From: a virus
Lineage: Duplodnaviria; Caudoviricetes
Virus record (IMG/VR): IMGVR_UViG_3300037789_000016
Location: 1-26,356 of that record
DNA length: 26,356 bases
Reading direction: 5' to 3' (one strand)
This document shows, piece by piece, positions 1 through 7,157 of the stretch (the first letter of the stretch is position 1; each line of letters starts with the position of its first letter). The position numbers and the translations under genes were made by a program. The notes beneath the pieces were generated by a model. That model did no database searches. It saw nothing but the letters and a program-made list of their open reading frames with translations, and had not been told where the DNA came from.

Positions 1-287
1 CTATTGTAAATGTTGGAGGTGTGGCTCAGTTTGACAACACGGCAAGTAATTGGATTGATAACACTACGATTAAAATAGCACTAAAGTATGCGGCTAATGA
101 TTTTGCTCTTTGGGTTAATGGCGTAGAGGTTTTATCTGATTTAAGTGGCTCGACTTTTTCCGACGGGGTTTTGACTAGGTTTGGTTTTGATGCTCCGAAT
201 GTTGCCCCATTCTACGGCAACGTAAAACAACTAAACGTATTCCCAACGGCATTAAACGATACTCAATTAGAAAACTTAACGTCATGA
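1..287 (+). CDS. C-terminal part of a tail fibre / LamG (ConA-like) domain protein; 5' truncated by the window edge
   Basis: Frame is open from position 3 (IVNVGGVAQF...). The pattern KIALKY...FALWVNG...FYGNVKQLNVFPTALNDTQLENLTS resembles a LamG-type C-terminus. It lies just before the lysis genes. Confidence 0.65.
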   Translation, partial: IVNVGGVAQFDNTASNWIDNTTIKIALKYAANDFALWVNGVEVLSDLSGSTFSDGVLTRFGFDAPNVAPFYGNVKQLNVFPTALNDTQLENLTS

Positions 288-652
288 TAATTTTTAGAAA
301 ATACAGTTTTGGCAGCAAGGGAGCAGCCACGACAAAAATAAACGCTTTGCCACACGATGAGGAAGGCAACCCTATTCACGGACACGCCATAGTCCATCTC
401 GGACACTTGGTAGAGCAAAAGGGAACGTATGACGAGGAAGGCAACGAGGTAACACCTCCCGTTATGAGTTCAACCTACCACATTGACGTATTATGGGATG
501 GAGAACCCGATCCGAGTTGGGACAATCAAATGGTATGGTGTAAGCCCGTAGGCGTTCACGTTTTCGGATCGAGTAGCGCAATAGCAGAATGGACGGAGAA
601 GTGTAAGGAATTACATCCTGAATACTTCCCTGAACCAAGTGAGGAGATATGA
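284..652 (+). CDS. hypothetical protein, tail-fibre associated
   Basis: 122 aa ORF with ATGA overlaps on both sides; no family recognised with certainty. Confidence 0.7.
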   Translation: MIIFRKYSFGSKGAATTKINALPHDEEGNPIHGHAIVHLGHLVEQKGTYDEEGNEVTPPVMSSTYHIDVLWDGEPDPSWDNQMVWCKPVGVHVFGSSSAIAEWTEKCKELHPEYFPEPSEEI

Positions 653-1059
653 CCGTAACGCACCGAAAGAACCGACACTGGGCAACGTTGAGCAGTCGGA
701 TCAATGTACTTCGATTATTGTGGAGCAAATCGAAGCAGGACCAATACACCTTGACCTTTGACAAGTCGTGCCTATCCGCTTCGAAGAATGCCTACAATAA
801 AATTCTCGGAACGTCACAGTACTTAAACCCACGCAAACGGTCGCTTCGACTTGCGTGGAAACCAGACGGAAACGGAAACATCTCAATCGCAGAGATGCAC
901 GAGGTGGACTATAAGATTCAGTTTCGGGTGTTGGGTCGGGTCGTTCCGGGTAAGCCCATAACGGTCGATTTCAGAAAAGTTTACAAATTCGAGTGGAATA
1001 CACCGTATTTTGGCGGTAACGAAACTCCGAACATGACGATAAAATATAGCATCAAATGA
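649..1059 (+). CDS. hypothetical protein (basic, beta-rich, PYFGGN motif)
   Basis: 136 aa ORF coupled by ATGA overlaps to both neighbours. Confidence 0.7.
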   Translation: MTVTHRKNRHWATLSSRINVLRLLWSKSKQDQYTLTFDKSCLSASKNAYNKILGTSQYLNPRKRSLRLAWKPDGNGNISIAEMHEVDYKIQFRVLGRVVPGKPITVDFRKVYKFEWNTPYFGGNETPNMTIKYSIK

Positions 1060-1352
1060 GTTCAGAAACAATTATCACCATTATAGGCGGTGCAGCACTA
1101 ACTGGATTTGTCGGATACCTTTGGGACAAGTTAAAGCGATCCGAATCAGACCGAAAGCAAACGCTTGAAGAATTGGTTAAGAATGTGAACGCGCTCGATC
1201 AAAGAGTTGACAAGTGCGAATGGGAGATAACCAATATCAAAGAAAACCAGCACCGTCACGATGCGACAACGGATAAGATATTCGGACTGCTCGGAGACAT
1301 TCAATCCACGCTTGGAGAAATTAAGGAGCGTTTGGCAAAAGTCGAGGCATGA
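1056..1352 (+). CDS. putative holin-like membrane protein (single N-terminal TM helix plus coiled coil)
   Basis: Hydrophobic IITIIGGAALTGFVGYLW followed by a heptad-rich charged tail; immediately upstream of the endolysin. Confidence 0.55.
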   Translation: MSSETIITIIGGAALTGFVGYLWDKLKRSESDRKQTLEELVKNVNALDQRVDKCEWEITNIKENQHRHDATTDKIFGLLGDIQSTLGEIKERLAKVEA

Positions 1353-1780
1353 ATCTAAAGCGAATCATAGGCGGTGCAGCAGCAACGGGAGCAATCGTAG
1401 GCGGTTCGTTCCTTATCGGTGACACTTACTTCAATGATTCCGAGTTTGCATCACCCGACAACGCTCAATCCTACCAATACTTTGACTCTACACTTCGCGC
1501 TAAATTAGACACGCTACGACACGATTGGGGGCAACCTATCCGAATCAATTCAGCCGTCCGAACACGGGCGCACAACAGACGAGTGGGAGGCGTGGACGGT
1601 TCGAGCCATTCCGCACCGTGTTATTGTGCGGTGGATATTCATATCAGTTCGTCCGAGATGAGGTGGTTCGTGATAAATTGGGCGATAGAGCATAAGATAA
1701 ACCGAATAGGAGTGGGTAAGACCTTTATCCATCTCGATTTGGACGATACCAAACCAAACCAAGTTATATGGACGTACTAA
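1349..1780 (+). CDS. endolysin, peptidase M15 family (Zn peptidase) with an N-terminal SAR-like segment
   Basis: INSAVR..HNRRVGG...SSH......AVDI and FIHLD Zn-ligand motifs; Gly/Ala-rich N-terminal segment IIGGAAATGAIVGGSFLI. Confidence 0.85.
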   Translation: MNLKRIIGGAAATGAIVGGSFLIGDTYFNDSEFASPDNAQSYQYFDSTLRAKLDTLRHDWGQPIRINSAVRTRAHNRRVGGVDGSSHSAPCYCAVDIHISSSEMRWFVINWAIEHKINRIGVGKTFIHLDLDDTKPNQVIWTY

Positions 1781-2871
1781 AAATAATGCAAGACAACCCG
1801 ATGAAGCCGCGTGAATCCGTTATGGGTTACGCTCGAAGACTATCAAAGAAATACGGTTGTCACACGCAAAGTGTCCGAAAGCAATATTACAATCTAAAAC
1901 GAAAAAACCAACACACGGCACTTTACGAAGAAGCCGAAAAGAAAGGATTCGATGCGGATTCGGTCAGTTTTTATTGGCATAAGTCCAAACACATTTCCGC
2001 AGCTATTAAACCCGAAAAGGTCAGTTACGAGGATTTGCGAAAGGATTTAATCGAAGAACTATCGAACTATTCGCCTATATTCCCGAAAATAGAGCATCCC
2101 GTCAATACCGATCCGCACTTACTCGTAATTGATCCAGCAGACGTTCATATTGGAAAGTTAGCAACAGAGTTTGGAACGGGAGATCGATACAATTCGGACA
2201 TAGCAATTAAAAGAGTGATTGAAGGCGTTTTGGGCGTACTTCGAAAGGCGCGAGGGTATGAGATAGACCAAATACTATTCGTGGCAGGAAACGACATTAT
2301 TCACACCGATAACACGAAACGAACAACAACGAACGGAACGCCCCAAGATACGGACGGGATGTGGTACGATAACTTCATGGATGCGAAAGATCTTTATATT
2401 CGAGTTATCGAGTTATTGCTTAATTACGCTCCAGTGCATTACTGTTTCAATCCGAGCAACCATGATTTTGTGCAAGGGCTATTATTGTCCGATGTGATTC
2501 ATACTTACTTCCGTAACCATCCAAACATGACATTTGACGTGGACTTAAAGCATCGGAAATACTACACCTACGGGGTAAACTTAATCGGAACTACGCACGG
2601 AGATGGAGCGAAACAATCCGATTTACCACTACTTGCAGCGAATGAGAGCGAGGACTGGTCGAAGTGCAAACATCGATACATTTACACGCACCACGTCCAT
2701 CACAAGAATTCTAAAGATTATCCAGGAGTTACGGTTGAATCGTTACGAAGCCCATCGGGTGCAGATTATTGGCATCACAAAGCTGGGTATCAACACGCAC
2801 CGAAAGCGATTGAAGGGTTTCTGCACCATCCTGAATTTGGGCAAGTCGCTCGGTTTACGCATTTGTTTTAG
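1768..2871 (+). CDS. calcineurin-like metallophosphoesterase with N-terminal HTH-like region
   Basis: Motifs in canonical order: DVHIG, GNDIIH, SNHD, THGD, HVHH. Confidence 0.8.
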   Translation: MDVLKIMQDNPMKPRESVMGYARRLSKKYGCHTQSVRKQYYNLKRKNQHTALYEEAEKKGFDADSVSFYWHKSKHISAAIKPEKVSYEDLRKDLIEELSNYSPIFPKIEHPVNTDPHLLVIDPADVHIGKLATEFGTGDRYNSDIAIKRVIEGVLGVLRKARGYEIDQILFVAGNDIIHTDNTKRTTTNGTPQDTDGMWYDNFMDAKDLYIRVIELLLNYAPVHYCFNPSNHDFVQGLLLSDVIHTYFRNHPNMTFDVDLKHRKYYTYGVNLIGTTHGDGAKQSDLPLLAANESEDWSKCKHRYIYTHHVHHKNSKDYPGVTVESLRSPSGADYWHHKAGYQHAPKAIEGFLHHPEFGQVARFTHLF

Positions 2872-2873
2872 GA

Positions 2874-3095
2874 TTACTCTACAAGCCCCAAAAATGCTTT
2901 TCTCGTTCCTTTAATAACTGTATTGGAATCATCGTTATCAATCTCCAACCGAAAAAACTCGGTGTGACTGCCCCGATTAAACGAAATTCGAGCCGAATAG
3001 GTTGGTAACTTCTCCCATTCAGAGGCAAATTCTTTGAACTTACGCGCAAACTCCCATTTGTCCGCAATAAAATTGACAAGGTCTTGGTTTATCAT
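2874..3095 (-). CDS. hypothetical protein (minus strand, own promoter)
   Basis: 73 aa ORF filling the gap between plus-strand genes; preceded by TATATTTG and an A-rich start. Confidence 0.65.
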   Translation of the reverse strand: MINQDLVNFIADKWEFARKFKEFASEWEKLPTYSARISFNRGSHTEFFRLEIDNDDSNTVIKGTRKAFLGLVE

Positions 3096-3115
3096 AATTT
3101 TTAGTATATTTATTG

Positions 3116-3123
3116 CAAATATA
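3116..3123 (-). promoter_or_regulatory. Bacteroidota-type -7 promoter element (TAnnTTTG)
   Basis: CAAATATA reads TATATTTG on the minus strand, 20 nt upstream of the ATG at 3095. An opposed variant TATATTTA (3105-3112) faces the 3132 gene. Confidence 0.6.
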
Positions 3124-3131
3124 AAAAAATC

Positions 3132-3566
3132 ATGCGGTACTTAATCATTCTACTCGGACTTTTTTCATGCACCCACATTGAACCAGTCGAACCCAATCAG
3201 CCCGAAACGCCAAGCGTCCTACACACAACGGACGAGATTGGAGGCGATGAGTTCGTGTGGAAACCGAGACGATGCCCATCACAAGATTGGCACATGACGA
3301 GTTACTTCGAAGTGGCTGGTGCTGCGATCGGAACAAACGAGCCAACACAAGTTCGGTTATTTTGCGATTCGGGATATGTTCGAATGACGTGCGATTATCT
3401 TCAAATCAACACGAATGACACAATCTACATCGTGACGGACAGAAGCGGATTCTACAATATCGAAGCCGAAAACTTTGGAAGTGGGTTTATGTACTTCCAA
3501 CTCGACACGATTAAGATATGGGGAATTGATTCGGTTCGGATTGAATCCGTATCTTTGCGCTTATGA
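3132..3566 (+). CDS. lipoprotein of unknown function
   Basis: Short signal peptide MRYLIILLGLFS-C with lipobox, followed by an acidic/Pro-rich linker. Confidence 0.75.
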   Translation: MRYLIILLGLFSCTHIEPVEPNQPETPSVLHTTDEIGGDEFVWKPRRCPSQDWHMTSYFEVAGAAIGTNEPTQVRLFCDSGYVRMTCDYLQINTNDTIYIVTDRSGFYNIEAENFGSGFMYFQLDTIKIWGIDSVRIESVSLRL

Positions 3567-3988
3567 TTCGATTCATCATCATATTTGCACTATTCTTGTG
3601 CAGTTGTTCCGCAGAATGGCACTTGACCCGTGCAATTTTGAAAGACCCGACAATTATTGAAACGGACACGATTCACGACACCATAATAACACAAGGCCAG
3701 TTTGCAACCGATTCGGTGCGATTACCGCAGTTAAAGCCGTGCAGTCTGAACGTCACCATACCAGTCGATACAAATGGCGTTAGAGGTCAAATATACGTTC
3801 GAGGCGAATGGATTCGGTACGAAGTGGAATGTCCTGGAGACACCTTATATAGAACCGTGCCTGTTGAGAAAGTAATTTATCGAACCAAAGAAGAACCGTT
3901 TTGGGCAAATTTGGAACGGATAATATACGCATTGGCCGTGTTGGCTGGACTTCTTCTACTTATGCGATACCTACCCGACCGAAAATAA
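3563..3988 (+). CDS. putative unimolecular spanin-like protein (N-terminal lipoprotein signal, C-terminal TM helix)
   Basis: MIRFIIIFALFLCS-C lipobox, beta-rich middle region, C-terminal IIYALAVLAGLLLLM; last gene of the lysis region. Confidence 0.65.
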   Translation: MIRFIIIFALFLCSCSAEWHLTRAILKDPTIIETDTIHDTIITQGQFATDSVRLPQLKPCSLNVTIPVDTNGVRGQIYVRGEWIRYEVECPGDTLYRTVPVEKVIYRTKEEPFWANLERIIYALAVLAGLLLLMRYLPDRK

Positions 3989-4010
3989 TTGTAAAAAATT
4001 TTTCTTGTTG

Positions 4011-4043
4011 TTTGCATATGTGAAAACTATTCACGTACTTTGT
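4011..4043 (+). promoter_or_regulatory. probable early promoter (near-consensus Bacteroidota sigma-A type)
   Basis: TTTG (4011-4014), 21 nt spacer, TACTTTGT (4036-4043), upstream of the first recombination gene; the -7 element is imperfect. Confidence 0.5.
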
Positions 4044-4069
4044 CGGAGTAATAATTTAATTCTAATACA

Positions 4070-4543
4070 ATGAAAACACACTGGAAAAAATTACACAATC
4101 CGCATTATCTCGGTTCGCACGACCTACTCGATGGCGAAACGACTAATCCCACCATCAATGCGACAATTACCAAAGTCGTATCAGAAGAAGTCACGGGGTC
4201 GGACGGAAAAAAAGAAGTCTGTTCCGTAGCGTATCTGAAAGGAAACAAGCCGATGATACTCAACGTAACCAACTCAAAGGCAATCGAACGACTTTGTGGA
4301 AGTCCATTCATTGAGGATTGGACGGGTGTTGAAATCGGAATAACAGTAGAACAAGTCCGCGCGTTCGGACAAACAGTTGACGCGCTTCGAATTAAATCGC
4401 CTAAGAAAAAACCCGAACTGAAACCAAACACTCCGCAATGGGACAAAGCGGTCCAGTTCGTTCAAGGTGGTGGCAAGGTCGAAGCGATTCAGAAGAAATA
4501 CACCATTTCAAGTGCTAACCTAAAAACTTTGACCAATGTTTAA
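4070..4543 (+). CDS. putative ssDNA-binding / recombination partner of the exonuclease
   Basis: HWKK....YLG..DL, KPMILNVTN and IEDW.G motifs; overlaps the exonuclease gene; function inferred from position. Confidence 0.5.
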   Translation: MKTHWKKLHNPHYLGSHDLLDGETTNPTINATITKVVSEEVTGSDGKKEVCSVAYLKGNKPMILNVTNSKAIERLCGSPFIEDWTGVEIGITVEQVRAFGQTVDALRIKSPKKKPELKPNTPQWDKAVQFVQGGGKVEAIQKKYTISSANLKTLTNV

Positions 4544-5129
4544 GATAAGAGCATCACAAGCTGGAAAGATAATGACCAATTCGCGTAAGAAAGGGGAGTT
4601 ATCTAAGACCACACAGAGTTACCTTCAAGAGTGGTTAAAGGAATCAATCTACGGGCAACGTAAGGAAATCGAATCGAAATACCTTACAAAGGGAATCGAA
4701 GTCGAAGAAGATGCCATCGAATTGGCTGGGGATCATCTCGGTTGGTTTATGCCCGAAAAGAACGAGAGGAACTTCGAAGACGAATACTTCACGGGAACGC
4801 CCGATGTGATTCTGGGCGATACGGTTATCGATATTAAATCCCCGTGGGACTGCTTCACCTTTCCTTTATTCGACACGGAAATCCCAAATAAGGACTACTA
4901 CTATCAACTTCAGGTTTATATGCACCTGACGGGCCTTAAAAAAGCCCAACTCGTTTACGTTTTGATGGACACGCCAACGGACTTGTATGGGGCGAATCAG
5001 ATCAGCTACGAGAACGTTGATACCAAGTACCGAGTGAAAGTGTTTGACATTATTTATAACCAATACGACATCCAAGAATTACAGAATCGTGTCGAGGAAT
5101 GTCGCAACTATCTAAATTCTTTATTATGA
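4536..5129 (+). CDS. YqaJ / lambda-exonuclease family PD-(D/E)xK nuclease
   Basis: IRASQ, KGIEVE, GTPD.......IDIKSP, YYYQLQVYM. Confidence 0.85.
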   Translation: MFKIRASQAGKIMTNSRKKGELSKTTQSYLQEWLKESIYGQRKEIESKYLTKGIEVEEDAIELAGDHLGWFMPEKNERNFEDEYFTGTPDVILGDTVIDIKSPWDCFTFPLFDTEIPNKDYYYQLQVYMHLTGLKKAQLVYVLMDTPTDLYGANQISYENVDTKYRVKVFDIIYNQYDIQELQNRVEECRNYLNSLL

Positions 5130-5338
5130 AAATCCAAGAAGTAAACATTTCAGCTGGGTTCAGCAACCGAATCCAAGCCCACACAGACGATTTGACTGCA
5201 ATCATTTCGGGCGGTGAGGTTAAATTCACGTTGGAGGACATCGACATCCATCCAGAAGAAGTCGAGCAAGTCAAGAAGGTTATGGACTTAATCCATACCA
5301 TAAACGGATTGATTAACGAACATAACCGATCGCTATGA
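5126..5338 (+). CDS. hypothetical protein
   Basis: Start reassigned to ATG 5126 (ATGA overlap with the exonuclease stop); 70 aa. Confidence 0.65.
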   Translation: MKIQEVNISAGFSNRIQAHTDDLTAIISGGEVKFTLEDIDIHPEEVEQVKKVMDLIHTINGLINEHNRSL

Positions 5339-5778
5339 CCCTAATCGAACAACTATTCAACGAACTTGAATCGGGGGCAATGCGTATCGCTCCAGAAGTG
5401 AAAGAGAAGTATCTCGAAAGGGAGCAAATTGAATCGCATCGAATCAAGGAAATAATGGGCATCAGTATTGATCAAAAGAAGGTGACCATTAAGAATATTT
5501 TCGATGTAGTCGCTTCGATTTGTGACGTGGAGAAAGAAGCAATGAAAAGCCGTGACCGGCACCACAAGGTATCATTTGCTCGGCAGATATTCATGTATCT
5601 CGCATCGGAACTAACCGAACATTCTGATACGGTTATTTCGGCCTACGTCAAAAGGGATCGGGTCATGGTCGGATATTCGAGAAGCACCATCCCAAGCGCA
5701 AAACAATACGGCACGGAATGGGAGCGAAGATGTATTGCTGAATGCGAGGAGATATTGACATTAAAAACCCCACATTAG
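5335..5778 (+). CDS. DnaA C-terminal (domain IV)-like HTH DNA-binding protein
   Basis: IFDVVA...V....MKSRDR...VSFARQIFMYLASELT..S...I.....RDR.V matches the DnaA_C pattern; no AAA+ domain. Confidence 0.75.
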   Translation: MTLIEQLFNELESGAMRIAPEVKEKYLEREQIESHRIKEIMGISIDQKKVTIKNIFDVVASICDVEKEAMKSRDRHHKVSFARQIFMYLASELTEHSDTVISAYVKRDRVMVGYSRSTIPSAKQYGTEWERRCIAECEEILTLKTPH

Positions 5779-5892
5779 AACGTTTGCCGTTGTCGCGGTA
5801 AGGGTAGGGCTATCCAGTCTCCAGGAGTAGATTAAGTCGGGTGGGGTGCGTGTAGAGGCGTTTCATAACCGTTATGGATGGCAATTGACACG

Positions 5893-5921
5893 CCCCGAAT
5901 CAAAGCGGTTCGGGGTTTTTT
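5893..5921 (+). terminator. intrinsic terminator-like hairpin directly upstream of the methyltransferase
   Basis: CCCCGAATC-AAAGC-GGTTCGGGG followed by TTTTTT. Confidence 0.7.
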
Positions 5922-5930
5922 CTTAAATTT

Positions 5931-6989
5931 ATGATTATGAATGTATTATCACTATTTGACGGTATGAGCTGCGGACAGATTGCACTCAAAGAACTTGGAA
6001 TAAAAGTCGAAAAGTATTATGCGTGTGAAATCGACAAACACGCCATTAAAAATACCTTGCACAACTTCCCAAATACAATTCAGATTGGTTCGGTCACGGA
6101 CGTAAAGGCATCGGATTTGGAGCGAATTGATTTAATCATTGGCGGTTCTCCTTGTCAGGGTTTTAGCTTTGCTGGGAAGCAATTGAACTTTAACGACCCG
6201 AGAAGTGCGTTGTTTTTTGAGTTTGTTCGGTTGGTCCAAGAGGTGAAGGCAATCAATCCAAATGCAAAGTTTTTATTGGAGAACGTAAATATGAAAAAGG
6301 AGTATTTGCGAGTTATCAGCGAATATCTCGGAGTTTTTCCCGTTCGTATCAACTCTAATCTTGTTTCGGCACAGAATCGAGACAGATGGTACTGGACGGA
6401 TATACGGACAAAAGAAACTGGATTGTTTGCAGAGAAATGGACGGATATCCCACAACCCAAAGATAGAGGGATATTATTGAAAGACGTTTTGGAAGATGAG
6501 CTAGACGATAAGTATTACTTGAGTGATAAGGCAGTAGAAGGTCTGTTAAACCATAAGAAACGAGCCGAAGAGAATGGATGGGGGTTTGGTGCAGCTTTAC
6601 CAGAAGGTAACGATAAAATGAATGCATTAAAGGTAGGAGGTAAAGGCAAGGATGATGTTGTTTGCGTAGCTATGCGTATTCCCGAAGCAACATCAGCTGG
6701 ATATATCGAAGTGAATCCGGGAGAATGTGTAGATATGGAACACCCTAAATCAAAAACGAGACGAGGGCGAAAAATGACTGACAAGTCGAACTGTTTGATG
6801 GCTAAAAAAACCGATTTTATGCAGTACACAAAAGACTTCAAACTCCGCAGACTAACCCCAACCGAATGCGCTCGACTTCAAACCATACCAGACTGGTACG
6901 AATGGATCGTGTCCGATACGCAACAATACAAAATGCTCGGAAACGGTTGGACGGTCGAAGTGATTAAACACATATTCCAATACCTTTGA
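5931..6989 (+). CDS. C5 cytosine DNA methyltransferase (orphan)
   Basis: Motif I LFDGMSCG, IV GGSPCQGFS, VI ENV, VIII QNRDR, IX RRLTPTECARLQ, X LGNGW. Confidence 0.95.
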   Translation: MIMNVLSLFDGMSCGQIALKELGIKVEKYYACEIDKHAIKNTLHNFPNTIQIGSVTDVKASDLERIDLIIGGSPCQGFSFAGKQLNFNDPRSALFFEFVRLVQEVKAINPNAKFLLENVNMKKEYLRVISEYLGVFPVRINSNLVSAQNRDRWYWTDIRTKETGLFAEKWTDIPQPKDRGILLKDVLEDELDDKYYLSDKAVEGLLNHKKRAEENGWGFGAALPEGNDKMNALKVGGKGKDDVVCVAMRIPEATSAGYIEVNPGECVDMEHPKSKTRRGRKMTDKSNCLMAKKTDFMQYTKDFKLRRLTPTECARLQTIPDWYEWIVSDTQQYKMLGNGWTVEVIKHIFQYL

Positions 6990-6994
6990 CAAAG

Positions 6995-7023
6995 AACCGA
7001 TCCGATTTGGGTCGGTTTTTTTT
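6995..7023 (+). terminator. intrinsic terminator after the methyltransferase
   Basis: AACCGATCC-GATTT-GGGTCGGTT followed by a T run. Confidence 0.75.
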
Positions 7024-7051
7024 GGTTTTTAATTGGAAAGGGTTATATTTG
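7021..7051 (+). promoter_or_regulatory. consensus Bacteroidota promoter for the replication operon
   Basis: TTTG (7021-7024), 19 nt spacer, TATATTTG (7044-7051). Confidence 0.85.
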
Positions 7052-7054
7052 TAT

Positions 7055-7144
7055 TCGTAATGCGGTCAGAGGCTTACGACATTGTTTTAATCCCCTATTG
7101 TTTTTGGTTTTCTCTGACTGCCCCAAATTCGATAGGGGATTTTT
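7055..7144 (+). ncRNA. candidate structured 5' leader (two hairpins with complementary loops)
   Basis: Hairpin 1: TCGTAA/TTACGA. Hairpin 2: AATCCCCTATTG/CGATAGGGGATT plus TTTGG/CCAAA. Loop sequences GCGGTCAGAG and CTCTGACTGC are complementary. Confidence 0.55.
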
Positions 7145-7157
7145 AATTTTACACGAA

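Noticed and set aside
5784-5915. tRNA-like element (paired ends, GGTTCG)
   Set aside because: No cloverleaf with proper D, anticodon and T arms; the GGTTCG lies in the terminator stem.
5931-6989. Restriction-modification system
   Set aside because: No adjacent restriction endonuclease; the gene is bounded by terminators and looks like an ordinary orphan phage methyltransferase.
7098-7157. N-terminal extension of the replication initiator from TTG 7098
   Set aside because: It falls within the leader hairpin; the family-typical GWIKLYR begins right after ATG 7158.
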